A stretch of 61,795 nt of DNA, the filler included, from Bacteroidales bacterium (lineage in GTDB: Bacteria; Bacteroidota; Bacteroidia; Bacteroidales; CAIWKO01), in assembly GCA_035389045.1 (NCBI GenBank). It is 2 parts of 2 records of this genome, joined end to end, with 100 filler letters (N's around TTAATTAATTAA, not from the genome) between each part and the next. Parts side by side here need not be neighbours in the genome. Positions count along the whole stretch, not along the records: positions 31,179 to 61,795 come from DAOORA010000057.1; 1 more part is not named here. One strand, 5' to 3'. The notes beneath the pieces were generated by a model. It saw nothing but the letters and a program-made list of their open reading frames with translations. It was not told the DNA's origin and did no database searches. Below are positions 53,901 to 61,795 of the stretch, piece after piece. The position numbers were made by a program, and so were the translations under genes. Within the stretch, counting starts at the first letter, position 1; each line of letters starts with the position of its first letter.

Positions 53901-54062
53901 CTGTAACCAAATTCCTGGTGGATTATTTACAGGAACTGCAGCCTGGTCAGGCATTAAATTTTTCAGACCGGTTGGTAATACTCCATCTGCTTTTATTCCT
54001 GACGAATAAAGGAGAAGTAAAAAATAAATAACAGAAAATAATAGTGTTTTTTGGGGTTTCAT
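41949..54062 (-). CDS. 4037-aa T9SS-secreted adhesin/lectin-like protein: 2 GEVED, 5 LamG, choice-of-anchor-D-like Ig domains, a Reelin-like domain, PKD-like domain, dockerin, cohesin-like domain and type A CTD
   Basis: VWIDxN..MRVR..GETEDY twice; SFNG..EFWMK..WHHVAVTWD..FNGEVDxxR five times; AADVNNSHTILSTDALL; NVPNPF..LSHGVYFY CTD. Confidence 0.9.
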   Translation of the reverse strand: MKPQKTLLFSVIYFLLLLYSSGIKADGVLPTGLKNLMPDQAAVPVNNPPGIWLQTFINCNFYSLLSVYQDNSGYCSPIPSFDNACQMWISKITSSGGISDLNHDSGCAGSSYFDFSCTDTLSNTQLSYTALTFESAGYAMAFSVWIDLNNDYVFDISERVIAHNNPGGDLIVTDSFMIPLSVSPGTYRMRVRGDFYGNGAPADPCDQLHYGETEDYSFTVLAAVPCTGPANPGNTFTDLSVVCPADTFTVSLQYHVDAFGITYQWQSSQDGVNWTDLASDTTDNLMTSQPAPSYYRCTVNCSCDSSTGFSNPVHIQMNDLVSCYCVPAISDAACDYEWISNITSSGGETNINNSTGCSSWSYADFSSSDTLSGFQYEQIFMTFTSYGYALAYAVWIDFNDNGIYENPEKVISEDNPYEELTITAQFSVPGYALPGAHTMRVRGEDYGYEAPADPCNQLYYGETEDYTFNVLPALQKDVKLLSIVNPDDIGYQSAAESVIVHLKNNGYDTLYQIPITYVLNDKPPVSYTWNGLLLPQQKTNVILPPVMPEVLNNTITVYTGLPGDMDHTNDTLSSGFFALSPPALISAIPDTVFGMITSCDSFATQTSWLSLVNVGFQPLYYSIRHEWYENFENGLNNWSSDDNWSVAQGYTGAYGLTEGPSGNYENYWKKYIQLKDSLYIADKDSFGIQFMVKLNLDTWNDYLSPQISVNGGLWYSVADLTGTGEWNPVKIPLSSYVENGDYIKFRFMFESYGSAEFEGAVIDELKINGVENKWASLSQTRDTIAAGDTSSVEIIFTVGQLTAGIHTQNLIIESNDPLTSIMVVPLYFIVTGLPQILVKDSVKIFPSIQAGQSAEESFMIYNIGCDTLKITAVNNTDPAFNPVYPSCIAGRDSALIVVKFFSLAQGIHNDTLIIQNNSETIKLYVSGIILPAAYLTLNPDSISMSTAVCEDTVNGSFQLINSGNDTMRWNVYCGEDAGTAMSFNGSTSEVRFGDMGQMPQKGCVEFWMKTNVGSGSRRVFSTSGLNGNWKGVNIYQSGSYLFLGIGDDNGASGSYTITNNVDYGHWHHVAVTWDVAQNKVWAYFNGIVNVNGDYNSHWPSAFSDVRLGIGYSASASYYFNGEVDGFRMWKENRSASEIMDLYHEGLSVPLSGLAGWWEFNEPSGDTVYSLNSGIKGVLYNITRVSSGAGITDPQTDANPASGILAGGDTAVVQVNCFTGGFNSGIHNAVVGLTTNDPLHHNVFVPVQMVISGTSQVFFTDSIRAFPSILAGDLITDTFKIFNTGCDSLKITAVNNTDPSFSADFSTFVIPGDSGLITVSFSSLTQGLHTDTLTILNNSESKHLYVSGVILPTPKLTLVPGSLSNNTNICDDTLSNDFTIINAGNDTLTWEAYYTDGAGKALSFNGSNSEVHFGDLGLMPEKGSVEFWMKTNVNTGSRKVFSSSGLFNNWKGVNIFQNGAGLYLRMGDDAGNSYFFTVTDNVQFGTWHHVAVTWDKTQNKVWTYFDGNVYENGSNNPRWVSAFSDARLGVGYAATTANHFSGEIDEFRLWSESRSAADIMNLYSEGIFDIPVSLTGLWEFNEPSGDTVYSLNSNIKGILFYTGRVTSGAGIRDAGIDALPVSGLLAPNDTAHVAVTLNTAGYSSGTNHLLIGITTNDPLHLLDFIPLQLVLDGAPQIVFNDTTEIFPSIMAGAVVSDTFKIFNSGCDSLKITAVNNDDPAFTPGFPTFVLPKDSGIITVIFSSQIQGYHSDTLIIMNNSEPRQLYVSGTILQTPHLLLVPDSLSVSTGICEDTLSTALQIINTGNAAMSWSAYCSDGAGKSVSFNGSTSEVRFGDLGLMPDKGCIEFWMKTNVNSGTKRVFCSSGLNGTYKGINIYQSGTILYLRVGDDAGNYYVTHTITDNVDFGNWHHVAVTWDKPQNKLWAYFDGNVAVDDTYNPEWPLAFSDVRLGVCYNTTSTYRFNGEIDGFRLWSEIRSEADINDFYHEGIFDPPASLTGLWEFNEPSGDTAYSFNSGIKGVLLNITRVSSGALISNPGIDADPVDGTVAVGDTASVVVTFVTGVLNNGTHHSVIGISTDDPLQHLVVVPTQVILTGLPCILIRDSVAVFPSVEAGDSAIKTFMIYNTGCDSLKISAVNNGDPAFVPVYPSVILPKDSALITVGFYSLVQGLHCDTLTILNNNGTRHLYVCGTILPTAQLLLVPDSLSAVTGSCNDTIISNFQVINTGNDTMNWSAYFSHGAGNALSFNGSNSEVHFGDLGPMPEQGCVEFWMKTNVNAANKIIFSSSGINSTWRGVIIYQNYNYLYIRMGDDNGDYNSYVISNDIDYGQWHHVAITWDISQNKVWAYFDGNVTKNGSANIYFPSAFSDVRLGIGYYSSTTYHYNGEVDGFRMWSEYRSGEEITNSFRLGMFAPPPGLIGAWEFNEPSGDTVYSFNNDKTGILINVTRVASEAGILDPGIDLQPAGGQIADGDTSAVQVTFVSSILNSGTHISAIGITTNDPLHPYAFIPTWLVLNGYPQIMIYDSIGDLPSVMAGEAATDTFQIFNTGCDTLKITSLTHTDSAFTIIYPDFVMPRDTALIIADFYSLIQGIYHDTITIQSNSGIRRLFAGATVIVTPGIALTPDSIIVSTNNCHDTIVTTINVINTGNDTLLCSYYFSETLSDNFDAGIDYFDWSEVLNGTSAAWCGTAAGTGALYFDGTGTREIITKSLNTVGGGTISFHLMIATGTSPCDNADAGEDIVLEYSVDNGSTWVVIQIFDSENYPGFTAVQIPIPAAAQNVQTLFRWRQIAHSGSGNDNWAIDEVNINGTTGSWAILSDTSNMTIPGDTSQIDITFFDGDLSSGNYFQNLIIESNVPASPILLVPLCFSISGQPQILIEDSIRNFPTIYAGATTTDTFMIYNTGCDSLKITAINHSDQAFTPAFPSFVMPYDSALITVGFYSLTLGFHSDTLSVLNNSEIRRLYVNGTITAGPELAVTPDSIPMSASICDDTLYSLLQVKNSGFDTLNWNSDVTRGADKALFFNGSNSEVVLGDFGPMPPKGCIEFWMKTNSISGQRGIVSTSGLNSNWKGINIYQNNNYIYLRFGNDFGNYYATYAIAENADAGHWHHVAVTWDITQNKVWTYFDGNMSTNGSYNSYWPSAITDVRFGVGYNATSRFYGEMDEVRMWSEYRTAIEIANLYQEPYIATLPELLGIWEFNEPAGGTAFSVDHCKNGILFNVSRVVSGADINRIGINVTPESGSLTIGDSINVQISFITSGLNNGSHYGGITVLSNDPFHSAAVIPVHLVLSGASQIQLPETDLFMDVIIAGASVTDSVPVVSYGCDTLIITGITNNNTAFTFDQTSFTIVPGHTAYLKVTFEPVDVGVYEDTVQIISDGGNARFFVHAVALTPPSASVSISCASFDPCMDSMIICNAVPLNGGSNPLFKWYVNDILMQEENQINDGDIFSYTPADNDSVLCVMTSNMPYVINNPDTSNTITITLPPQAIPDSAGTISGWAGVCQGKNNVTYTIPVIANAVSYIWSLPSGATGTSSTNSITVNYSDTAVSGNITVKGHNLCQDGAESFLAVTVNPLPAVNAGTDTVIGQGSAIVLNGSISGGTLPYMILWTPSGSLSDNDILNPLASPVSSTTYTLTVSDAHSCSASDKVHIHVTYLTTGSVVYGNSLLTPMQNEWVYFEDAAHILIDSVLTSGAGNYYFDSITEGTYYLYSKPSYMHGGISATDALLIKRHIVNLAALSGINLNAADVNNSHTILSTDALLILRRTIGLIPSFAAGDWTSEMKVLTVNSNQQNVLIKVLCMGDVNGSYNIYNMKKAEGSPVLTCKPVSANLIAGETFNLPIKVDQNILPGAVTLNIRFPEDIIDITGVLLNGSEIEYYVYNGILSVAAYDVNGMQLENNVLLTLKCKIKPETKKTDICISLTEQCEIADREGYVIKGLLLEVAQLNVTENFIGFKLEDNVPNPFSETTMVRFYIPEEASADVSVINMQGVEIKTISFHKLPAGWNEIQIDGKELSHGVYFYRLHAAGAQQTFEETRRMMIVR
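46300..51560 (-). repeat. Intragenic tandem repeat of about 1260 bp (420 aa, Ig + split-Ig/LamG unit), four consecutive copies, with a fifth near 44.2-45.5 kb
   Basis: Equivalent SFNG codons at about 51114, 49854, 48594 and 47331 (spacing 1260, 1260, 1263) and about 45006. Confidence 0.9.
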
Positions 54063-54564
54063 AGAGTATAATTAAATAAATAATGATGTTTCAGGCCGAA
54101 TTAAGCTCTGATTTGGAAAAATGTTAATTTATATTATATATTTTAACGAATTTAACAATAATCATTTCAACTCCACTGAAATTAACTTTTTTTAACAATT
54201 TATTCGAGGGGCTTTTACAGAAGAACACTAAGGGAACAATTGTGAGAGTAAGACTATATCATAATTTTATTTATAAATCGGCATTAAACCTGCAATATAT
54301 TCTTTTGTTGCATACCCAAGAATTCTATCTTACGGAAAACATGAACTTTAACAAACCTGTTTTTGCACTAGATCCAATGGTTTGCAGGCAAATTGTTTTT
54401 TTATGTTCGATCGCAGGTTTTATGGCTGGTTTTCGAAATCAATTTCCATCTTCGTGCCAGACCAACAAATTGATTCTAATAACTGAAAATAAACTCCATG
54501 TAACAATTGATAAATAATAATATTTGATAACAAAAATATAAACATTTAAATATTCTAATACTTT

Positions 54565-54595
54565 TTTGCCATCTCATTAGTTTTTAATATCTTTG
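54565..54595 (+). promoter_or_regulatory. Complete Bacteroidota sigma-A-type promoter (-33 TTTG, 19-nt spacer, -7 TATCTTTG)
   Basis: tttg at 54565-54568 and tatctttg at 54588-54595, upstream of the large plus-strand gene. Confidence 0.75.
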
Positions 54596-54779
54596 TAAAA
54601 AAATAACGACAAATTTATTTTTCCTTAATGCATACTTATAAATTTCGCTTATCAAATTTAAATAAAAAGACTCATTCTTTTATTATCCACAATTCCCTAT
54701 TTCTTTGCATATATATATTCGTTATAATTACATATTAATGCCACTCTACTATAAATCAGAAATAAAGCAAAACATTTAT

Positions 54780-55790
54780 ATGAAAATTTTAACCCGATTA
54801 AAGTCAAAATCTTTCATTGCTGCGGCAAAGTTCAAACTTCTTGCTGTACTGTTTTTAACCTCTGCAATCAACCTTTCTTTCGCCGGTGCAAGTCTCTCAG
54901 GAACTACAATATCAGTTGCAGGATATGATTACCTGCATAAGGCAAGTAAATCCAGCATGTTATTATCGGTTTCACTTTTCAAAGCCAATGAATATATCGG
55001 TACGGATTATTCATTGAACTGGTCTGCTGTTACAGGACTGCCAAATGACAGGACAACATCAGAACAGACAGTTCCTGATGCCTCAAAGTTGCTGCAGGGA
55101 ATTATTGCACCACGGGCTGCAACCGGAGCAGCCGCTACCCGTTCCGATTTTACACGGACCGGACACCTGCCCGAAGATCTTTTATCTTTGGCTTACGATA
55201 GTGTTGCCACCGAAAGGGCAGCAGAAGAGCTATCTGATGTTGCCTCCCTTGACGAAGACATGAGCGACACCGAATGGGATGTGAATTCAGCAGAAAGCCT
55301 GCCTCCATCAGGGTATATGATGCTTACCACCCCTTCTACGCCTATTTGTTCCGGTGGCGGAACAATATGCTCCGGTTCAAGCGTTAGTGTTTCTGCTACT
55401 TCGAGTGGTGCAACAACCATATATTGGTATACGGGCGGTTGCGGCACAACTCAGGTTTTTACCAGCTCTCCGGGTGTAGGATATTCGGTTTCTCCCAGCG
55501 CATCCACCACCTACTATGCAAGAGGTTATAATGCCTCCGGCTTTTCAACCAACTGTTGCTCGGTTCTAGTTACAGTAAATCCATTAGCTGGTGGGGTAAC
55601 CGCCTATGGTGGTGGCACACAATGCGGTGGCAGCAGAACACTCACGGCAACAGGAGGTACCAATGCCACTATATACTGGCAGGGAACACAAAGCGGGGGT
55701 ACTTCTACAGGAACTCCCGGAACCTCCCAATCTGTTTCTTCCTCAGGAACCTATTACTTCCGCGCATATAATGCCAACTGCGGCTGGGGG
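54780..55790 (+). CDS. 5' part of a very large exported Ig-repeat surface protein, interrupted by a gap
   Basis: ATG 54780 (MKILTRLK), signal peptide ending SFA, acidic linker, Ig_7-like domain (ICSGSSV..WY..TTYYAR), then the first approximately 80-aa repeat. Confidence 0.8.
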
Positions 55791-55890
55791 NNNNNNNNNN
55801 NNNNNNNNNNNNNNNNNNNNNNNNNNNNNNNNNNNNNNNNNNNNNNNNNNNNNNNNNNNNNNNNNNNNNNNNNNNNNNNNNNNNNNNNNN
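55791..55890. other. Assembly gap (100 N) within a repeat array
   Basis: Run of N flanked by copies of the same coding repeat. Confidence 1.
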
Positions 55891-57552
55891 AATGCCGTTC
55901 CTGCTGCGGTATCCGTTTCAGGTGCCGGGACCTTTTGCGGAAGCACTACCATCACCGCTTCAGGAGGCACCGGAGGTACCATATACTACCAGGGTACAAC
56001 TAGCGGTGGAACATCAACAGCCACACCTGCTTCTTCATATTCTGTTTCTTCTTCAGGGACCTATTACTTCAGGTCGCGTTCATCGGCAGGTTGCTGGGGC
56101 ACGGAAGGAAGTGCATCCGTAACAATTAATTCTGTTCCCGCTGCAGTTTCCGTTTCAGGTGGTGGGACTTTCTGCGGAAGCACCACCATCACCGCTTCTG
56201 GCGGCACCGGAGGAACCATATATTATCAGGGGACAACAAGCAATGGCACATCAACAGCCACACCTGCTTCATCATATTCTGTTTCTTCTTCAGGGACCTA
56301 TTACTTCAGATCGCGTTCAGCTGCAGGTTGCTGGAGTACTCAGGGAAGTGCAGCTGTTACAATCAATACTGTTCCTGCCGCGGTTTCCGTTTCAGGTGCC
56401 GGGACCTATTGCGGAAGCGCTACCATCACAGCTTCAGGTGGTACCGGGGGAACCATATATTACCAAGGAACCACAAGCAACGGCACCTCTACCGCCAATT
56501 CAACAAATCCACAAACAGTTTCATCTTCAGGTACCTATTACTTCAGGTCGCGTTCATCCGCAGGTTGCTGGAGCACACAGGGAAGCGCAGCAGTAACAAT
56601 TAATGCTGTTCCTGCTGCGGTTTCTGTTTCAGGTGCCGGAACCTATTGCGGAAGCGCTACCATCACAGCGTCTGGTGGCACAGGAGGAACCATTTATTAT
56701 CAGGGAACCACAAGTGGTGGAACATCAACAGCCACACCCGCTTCTTCATATTCAGTTTCTGCTACCGGAACCTATTACTTCAGGTCGCGTTCATCTGCTG
56801 GTTGCTGGGGCTCGGAAGGAAGTGCAGCTGTTACAATCAATCCTGTTCCCGCTGCAGTTTCTGTTTCAGGTGGAGGAACGTATTGCGGAAGCGCTACCAT
56901 CACCGCAACAGGTGGTACCGGAGGAACCATATATTACCAGGGAACAACAAGCAATGGAACCTCTACTGCCAATTCATCTAATCCTCAAACAGTTTCATCT
57001 ACAGGTACCTATTATTTCAGGTCACGCTCATCAGCAGGTTGCTGGGGAACAGAAGGAAGTACCTCCGTAACCATTAATGCCCTCCCGGGCGCCGTAACTG
57101 TCTTCAACGGAGGAACACAATGTGACGGCAGCAGGACACTAACTGCCAGCGGTGGCACCAATGCTACTATTTACTGGCAGGGAACCACCAGTAATGGAAC
57201 TTCAACAGGCGCACCCTCGACAAATCAATCGGTTTCTTCATCCGGCACTTATTATTTCAGGGCATATAACACCAGTTGCGGATGGGGAACCCAAGGCAGC
57301 GCTGCAGTGACCATAAATCCGAGTCCCGGCGCGGTGGCCGTCAATGGCGCAGGAACATATTGTGACAGCAAAACCCTTACTGCTACAGGCGGGACCAATG
57401 GAACCATATACTGGCAGGGTACCACAAGCGGAGGAACATCAACCGGAACTCCCACAACATCATATTCGGTAACAACTTCTGGAACATATTATTTCAGAGC
57501 ATATAACGCCAACTGTGGATGGGGAACACAGAATAGTGCCAGCGTGACAATG
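55891..57552 (+). repeat. 237/240-bp coding tandem repeats
   Basis: Unit starts at 55891, 56128, 56365, 56602, 56839, 57076 and 57316; related copies at about 55578 and 57811. Confidence 0.95.
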
Positions 57553-60500
57553 AATTACTCCTCAACAGCGCCGACAGGGATTTCCGGCACCACCACCATC
57601 TGCAGCGGAGGATCCACAACCTTAACCCAAAGTGGCGGATCACTTGGCACAGGCGGCATTTGGTACTGGTATTCGGGCAGTTGTGGCGGTGCTTTTATTA
57701 GTAGTGGCTCAGCCTCTATTACGGTATCACCCGGCAGCACAACATCTTATTTTGTGCGTGCTCAAGGGACATGTAATACCACGACATGTGCAAGTACTAC
57801 GATCACCGTTAATAATGTTCCCGGTGGTGTAACTGCTTACAATGGCGGAACTCAATGCGATGGGAGCAGAACGTTAACAGCCAGTGGTGGTACCAATGGA
57901 ACGATTTACTGGCAGGGAACTACAAGTAATGGTACAAACACCCTGACACCTTCCACAAATCAGTCAGTATCGTCATCCGGTACATATTATTTCAGGCCTC
58001 ACAACGGATGTGGCTGGGGGACACAGGGCAGTGCTTCGGTTACAATTAATGCAAGTTCAGTGGCGCCGACAGGAATTACAATCGGAAATAACGGTACTTG
58101 TTACGGATCAACAAAAACCCTGACAGTCACAGGAGGAAACCTTGGAACAGGTGCATCATGGCAATGGTATACTGTTGGCTGTGGAACGACATCGGCTGGC
58201 TCCGGAACAAGTATTAATGTCAATCCATCTTCAAACACTACCTATTATGTAAGAGCGGTAGGCACCTGCAACAGCACTACCTGTGCCAGTAATACCGTCA
58301 CGGTACCCACTCCCACGCTCAGCAACAGCGGTCCGACTTCTGCATGTTCATATCAGAACATCTCTTATACAGCAACACCTTCCAATTATGTCGGCACAGT
58401 ATCATATCAATGGTACATCAGTAATGTAGACAATTCAACTATAATAACATGTATTGCTTCACAACCAACTGGAAATGCGCCTTTGTATACATCATATTCT
58501 GGAGGAACCTCACAGACACTGACGATCAATACTTTTGGCGGATCCTATAATCATATTCATGTCTGGTGCGTGGCTACATTCAGCGGATGCACCAATTCTG
58601 CCACTTCAAACACCATTGAAATGATCAATTACGGCTACCAGAACCAGACCATCAGCGGAACAACACCACTCTGTGTTGGCGGAACAGCTACATGGTCAGG
58701 GACCACTACCGGAGGAACATGGTCCAGTTCTGCTACATCAGTGGCTACGGTGGGGTCCTCATCAGGTGTTGTAACAGGAGTGTCAGCAGGAACCGCTACA
58801 ATAACATACACCTTGTCAAATGGTACTTGTACCATGACAGCTACAAAAACAGTCACAATACAAGGTCCGCCAAATCAGACTATCACGGGAGCAACACCGA
58901 TATGCGTAGGTTCTACAGCATCTTGGTCAAGCACCACTGCCGGCGGAACCTGGTCAAGTTCGGCTACCTCAGTTGCGACAGTTGGCTCAACATCCGGTGT
59001 TGTGTCAGGAATTGCAAACGGAACCTCACTGATCACCTATTCCGTGACGGCTTCCTCCTGTACTAAAACGGCAACTAAAACCGTGACAGTCTCTAACGCA
59101 GGCGCAATCGGCACCTGGCTGGGCGGAAACTCTAACAGTTGGAATACAGCATCAAACTGGGCACAGTGTGTGATTCCTACCTCTACAACAGATGTAATAA
59201 TCCCTTCCGGATGCACATATTATCCTGCTTCATATACCTCCGCACCTGTCTGCAGAAATCTTACCATTCAAAGCGGTGGCAGCATGACCTTGAATTATAG
59301 CGCCTGGTTTTATGTATATGGCAATTTCACTGTTAATTCAGGAGGTATTTTTTATCACAATCTGGTTTGGAATGGTTCCAATGGTATTGATATTGCAGGA
59401 GATTTAGTCATTGATGGAACATATTCATATACCGGTTCTCCGTTAATACAAATGAGCGGTTCCGGAACACATTACCTCAGGGGTACAAACCTTTACTATC
59501 TGGTTTTTAAAAACGGCGACTTCTTTTCAAACGGGACGGTCAGTTGCAATGGCAATTGCTGGCCAATGTTTGGAACAACCGGCTCGGTTCATACCAATGG
59601 ATATTCTTTTACTGCCAATGCGGGTTTATATACTAACGGAGGAACGGTCTATGTTGACGGTGGCAGCCTGAATGTCACCGGAGGAATAAATGTCGGATAT
59701 TCCGGTCTGAACGGTGCATTGATTGTTTCATCAGGAACAGTGAATTGCGATAATTTCAAAGTCGGAGATGGAACACGTACCGGTACAGTAACCCATTCCG
59801 GAGGCACCGTCAATGTCAGTAATGACCTGACTGTAAATATCAGCTGTTCATACACATGTTCCGGGTCCCCCGCCATTTATGTCGGCAGAAACTGGAAAAA
59901 TAACGGGACATTCACTTGTGCAACCAGTAGTGTGACTTTCAACGGAAGTTCAAATTCCACTATTGAAAGTGCAGCACAAAATTTTTATTATTTGTATGTG
60001 AATAAATCATCAGAAGCAGCTCTTGTTTATCCAATAGTTGACAATGTAAATACTTCTTACCTGCGTATTAACAGTGGGACATATAAAGATAATGGTTACA
60101 CAACAACTATGACCGGCGATGATTCAAACTGGGATATGATCTATGGTGTAAACGCAAGCCTAACCGTTGATGGTGGCGGAACTGTACAGGCTACCAACTC
60201 ATCCCATAGGGTCAACGTTTATTTTGGTGGTTCACTGAATGTTTCCAGCGGAACTTTCCATGTGGAACACTGCCTGATGTTTGATGAAGGTTATTTGAAT
60301 ATTTCCGGAGGTATAGTGGAAGTGGACAAAGAATTTTATGGTCAGAATTATGATGGTTTGGGTTCCGGCGGAGTTCTTATGAATATGACAAATGGCCTGT
60401 TAAGAATTGGCGGCGATTTTTTAAATTCTTATTCCGAAGTTTCCAGTTGGTCAGCTACAGGAGGAACAACTGAATTTTATGACGGCGGTTATAGTTATGC

Positions 60501-61795
60501 ATCGGACTTTGGGGCTAACTCCAGTGTATATTTCTACCATATTTTATTAAACAAAAGCATTACTGCTAACCGAAGTATAAGTGTAAGAGGAAACTGGACA
60601 AACATCCAGACATTCACAGCCGGATCATATACCGTTACTTTCGACGGAAGTTCCCTCCAGACCCTGTATGGCAATACTACCACATTTTATAATGTTACGT
60701 TAAACAATGCTGCGGGGGCAACACTGGCTGTAGCTGAAAATGTATCGGGTGTTTTAAACTTTACCAGCGGAAAACTTAATACAACAACATCAAATATTCT
60801 TACGATAACAAATACCTCCACCGGAGCTGCCACCGGAGCTGATGCCGATGAATATGTGAATGGGCCAATGAGGTGGTCGCTGGCCAGCGGATCAGCTTAT
60901 ACATTTCCGGTAGGTAATGGTGGCGGGTATTATCCATTTAACATTACCCCCACAGGCACACCACAAATCCAGGTACAGGCAAATAACAGCAACTGTGGCG
61001 GTACGGCAGATGGCACCACCCTGTCTTCTCTCAGCACCACTGAATATTGGGCTGCCAGCATTGTTTCAGGATCCATCACCGGTGCTACAGTTGGACTTAC
61101 CAGGCCATCTGCCATAACTCCGCTGGATGTTATAGGAAGAAGTAGTACATCAAACGGCACCTATAGTTCTCTCTGTGGTACTCCCAGTACCTATTCAATA
61201 ACCAATTCGAATACTACCGGCTCTTCTCTTGGATATTTTGTAATGGCAAAATGCCCTGCACCCAGTGCCGGTACAGTATCAGGAACGACACCACTTTGCC
61301 CCGGAAATACAACAGCTTATTCAGTCACAGGTGTAGTTTTAGCAGGTGGCACGGGTGCCTGGTCCAGCAGCAGCACTGGCATAGCTTCGGTAGCTTCCAA
61401 TGGCACTGTCACAGCCGTGGCCGCAGGAACTGCAAACATCATTTACACAGTTACCAGCGCATGCGGTAGTACAGCATCAGCATATAAGACGCTTACCGTA
61501 ACGCCGAATGCCGTGGTGACATCCGTCACCGGGACATCGCCGCTGTGTATCGGCGCCAGCGCTGCTTATACCGCCAACGGCGTGGTGTTAGGCGGCGGAA
61601 CCGGAGCATGGTCCAGCAGCAGCACCGCCGTAGCTACGGTAGCCGTCAACGGCACCGTGACCGCCGTTACGGCAGGCAGCACCAATATCATCTATACCAT
61701 CACCGGAGGATGCGGAGGAACCAAGTCTGCCTTGAAGGCACTCACGGTCAACCCCAATGCAGCTATTACTTCCGTGAGCGGCACCACACCCTTAT
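55891..61795 (+). CDS. Continuation of the large surface protein (open to the window end): 79/80-aa Cys-Ig repeats, Ig_7-like domains, Big_2 domains and a beta-helix region
   Basis: Frame from 55891 reads NAVPAAVSVSGAGTFCGST..; WSSSATSVATV..GVVTGVSAGTATITYT Big_2 motifs; WLGGNSNSWNTASNW..P..DVII beta-solenoid start; EYVNGPM..YTFPVG; no stop seen in the parts translated. Confidence 0.88.

Noticed and set aside
55791..56003. Apparent frameshift or pseudogene in the 54.7-kb gene (ORF track ends it at 56003)
   Set aside because: The shift is caused by the arbitrary 100-N gap length; the same repeat continues in another frame from 55891.
55892..61469. Short plus- and minus-strand ORFs over the last 6 kb
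   Set aside because: They are alternative-frame shadows of the long Ser/Thr/Gly-rich coding frame.

Overview
Draft-assembly window from a Bacteroidota genome, most likely an anaerobic Bacteroidales-type organism. This rests on TAnnTTTG -7 promoter boxes, signal peptides ending just before Gln, T9SS C-terminal domains, and the nusB-DUF1573-yajC-YbbR-coaE and parA-parB-DUF5683 gene orders. Bases 1-23.3 kb are mostly housekeeping genes: pyrBI, a COG2403-type P-loop enzyme (probable ArcE arginine synthetase), cvfB, gyrA, clpC, coaE, yajC, nusB and parAB. Bases 23.3-61.8 kb are an accessory secretome region. It holds C10 and M1 peptidases, a REP-like hairpin cluster and a GT-C-like membrane protein. 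It also holds a tight three-gene operon of giant secreted proteins (4037, 1936 and 1564 aa) and a divergent repeat-rich surface protein of more than 2300 aa that the ORF track largely misses. The most notable signal is the three-gene operon. A lectin/adhesin-like giant and a thermolysin-family protease both end in dockerin + cohesin-like + T9SS CTD. Between them lies a 10xCARDB protein with an N-terminal cohesin and no T9SS CTD. This suggests a cellulosome-like, T9SS-exported proteolytic/adhesive complex (inference). The giant also carries a Reelin-subrepeat-like domain. There are three 100-nt gaps; the one at 31079-31178 contains a TTAATTAATTAA stop linker, so adjacency across it is unproven. 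Domain calls come from reading motifs by eye, not from database searches.
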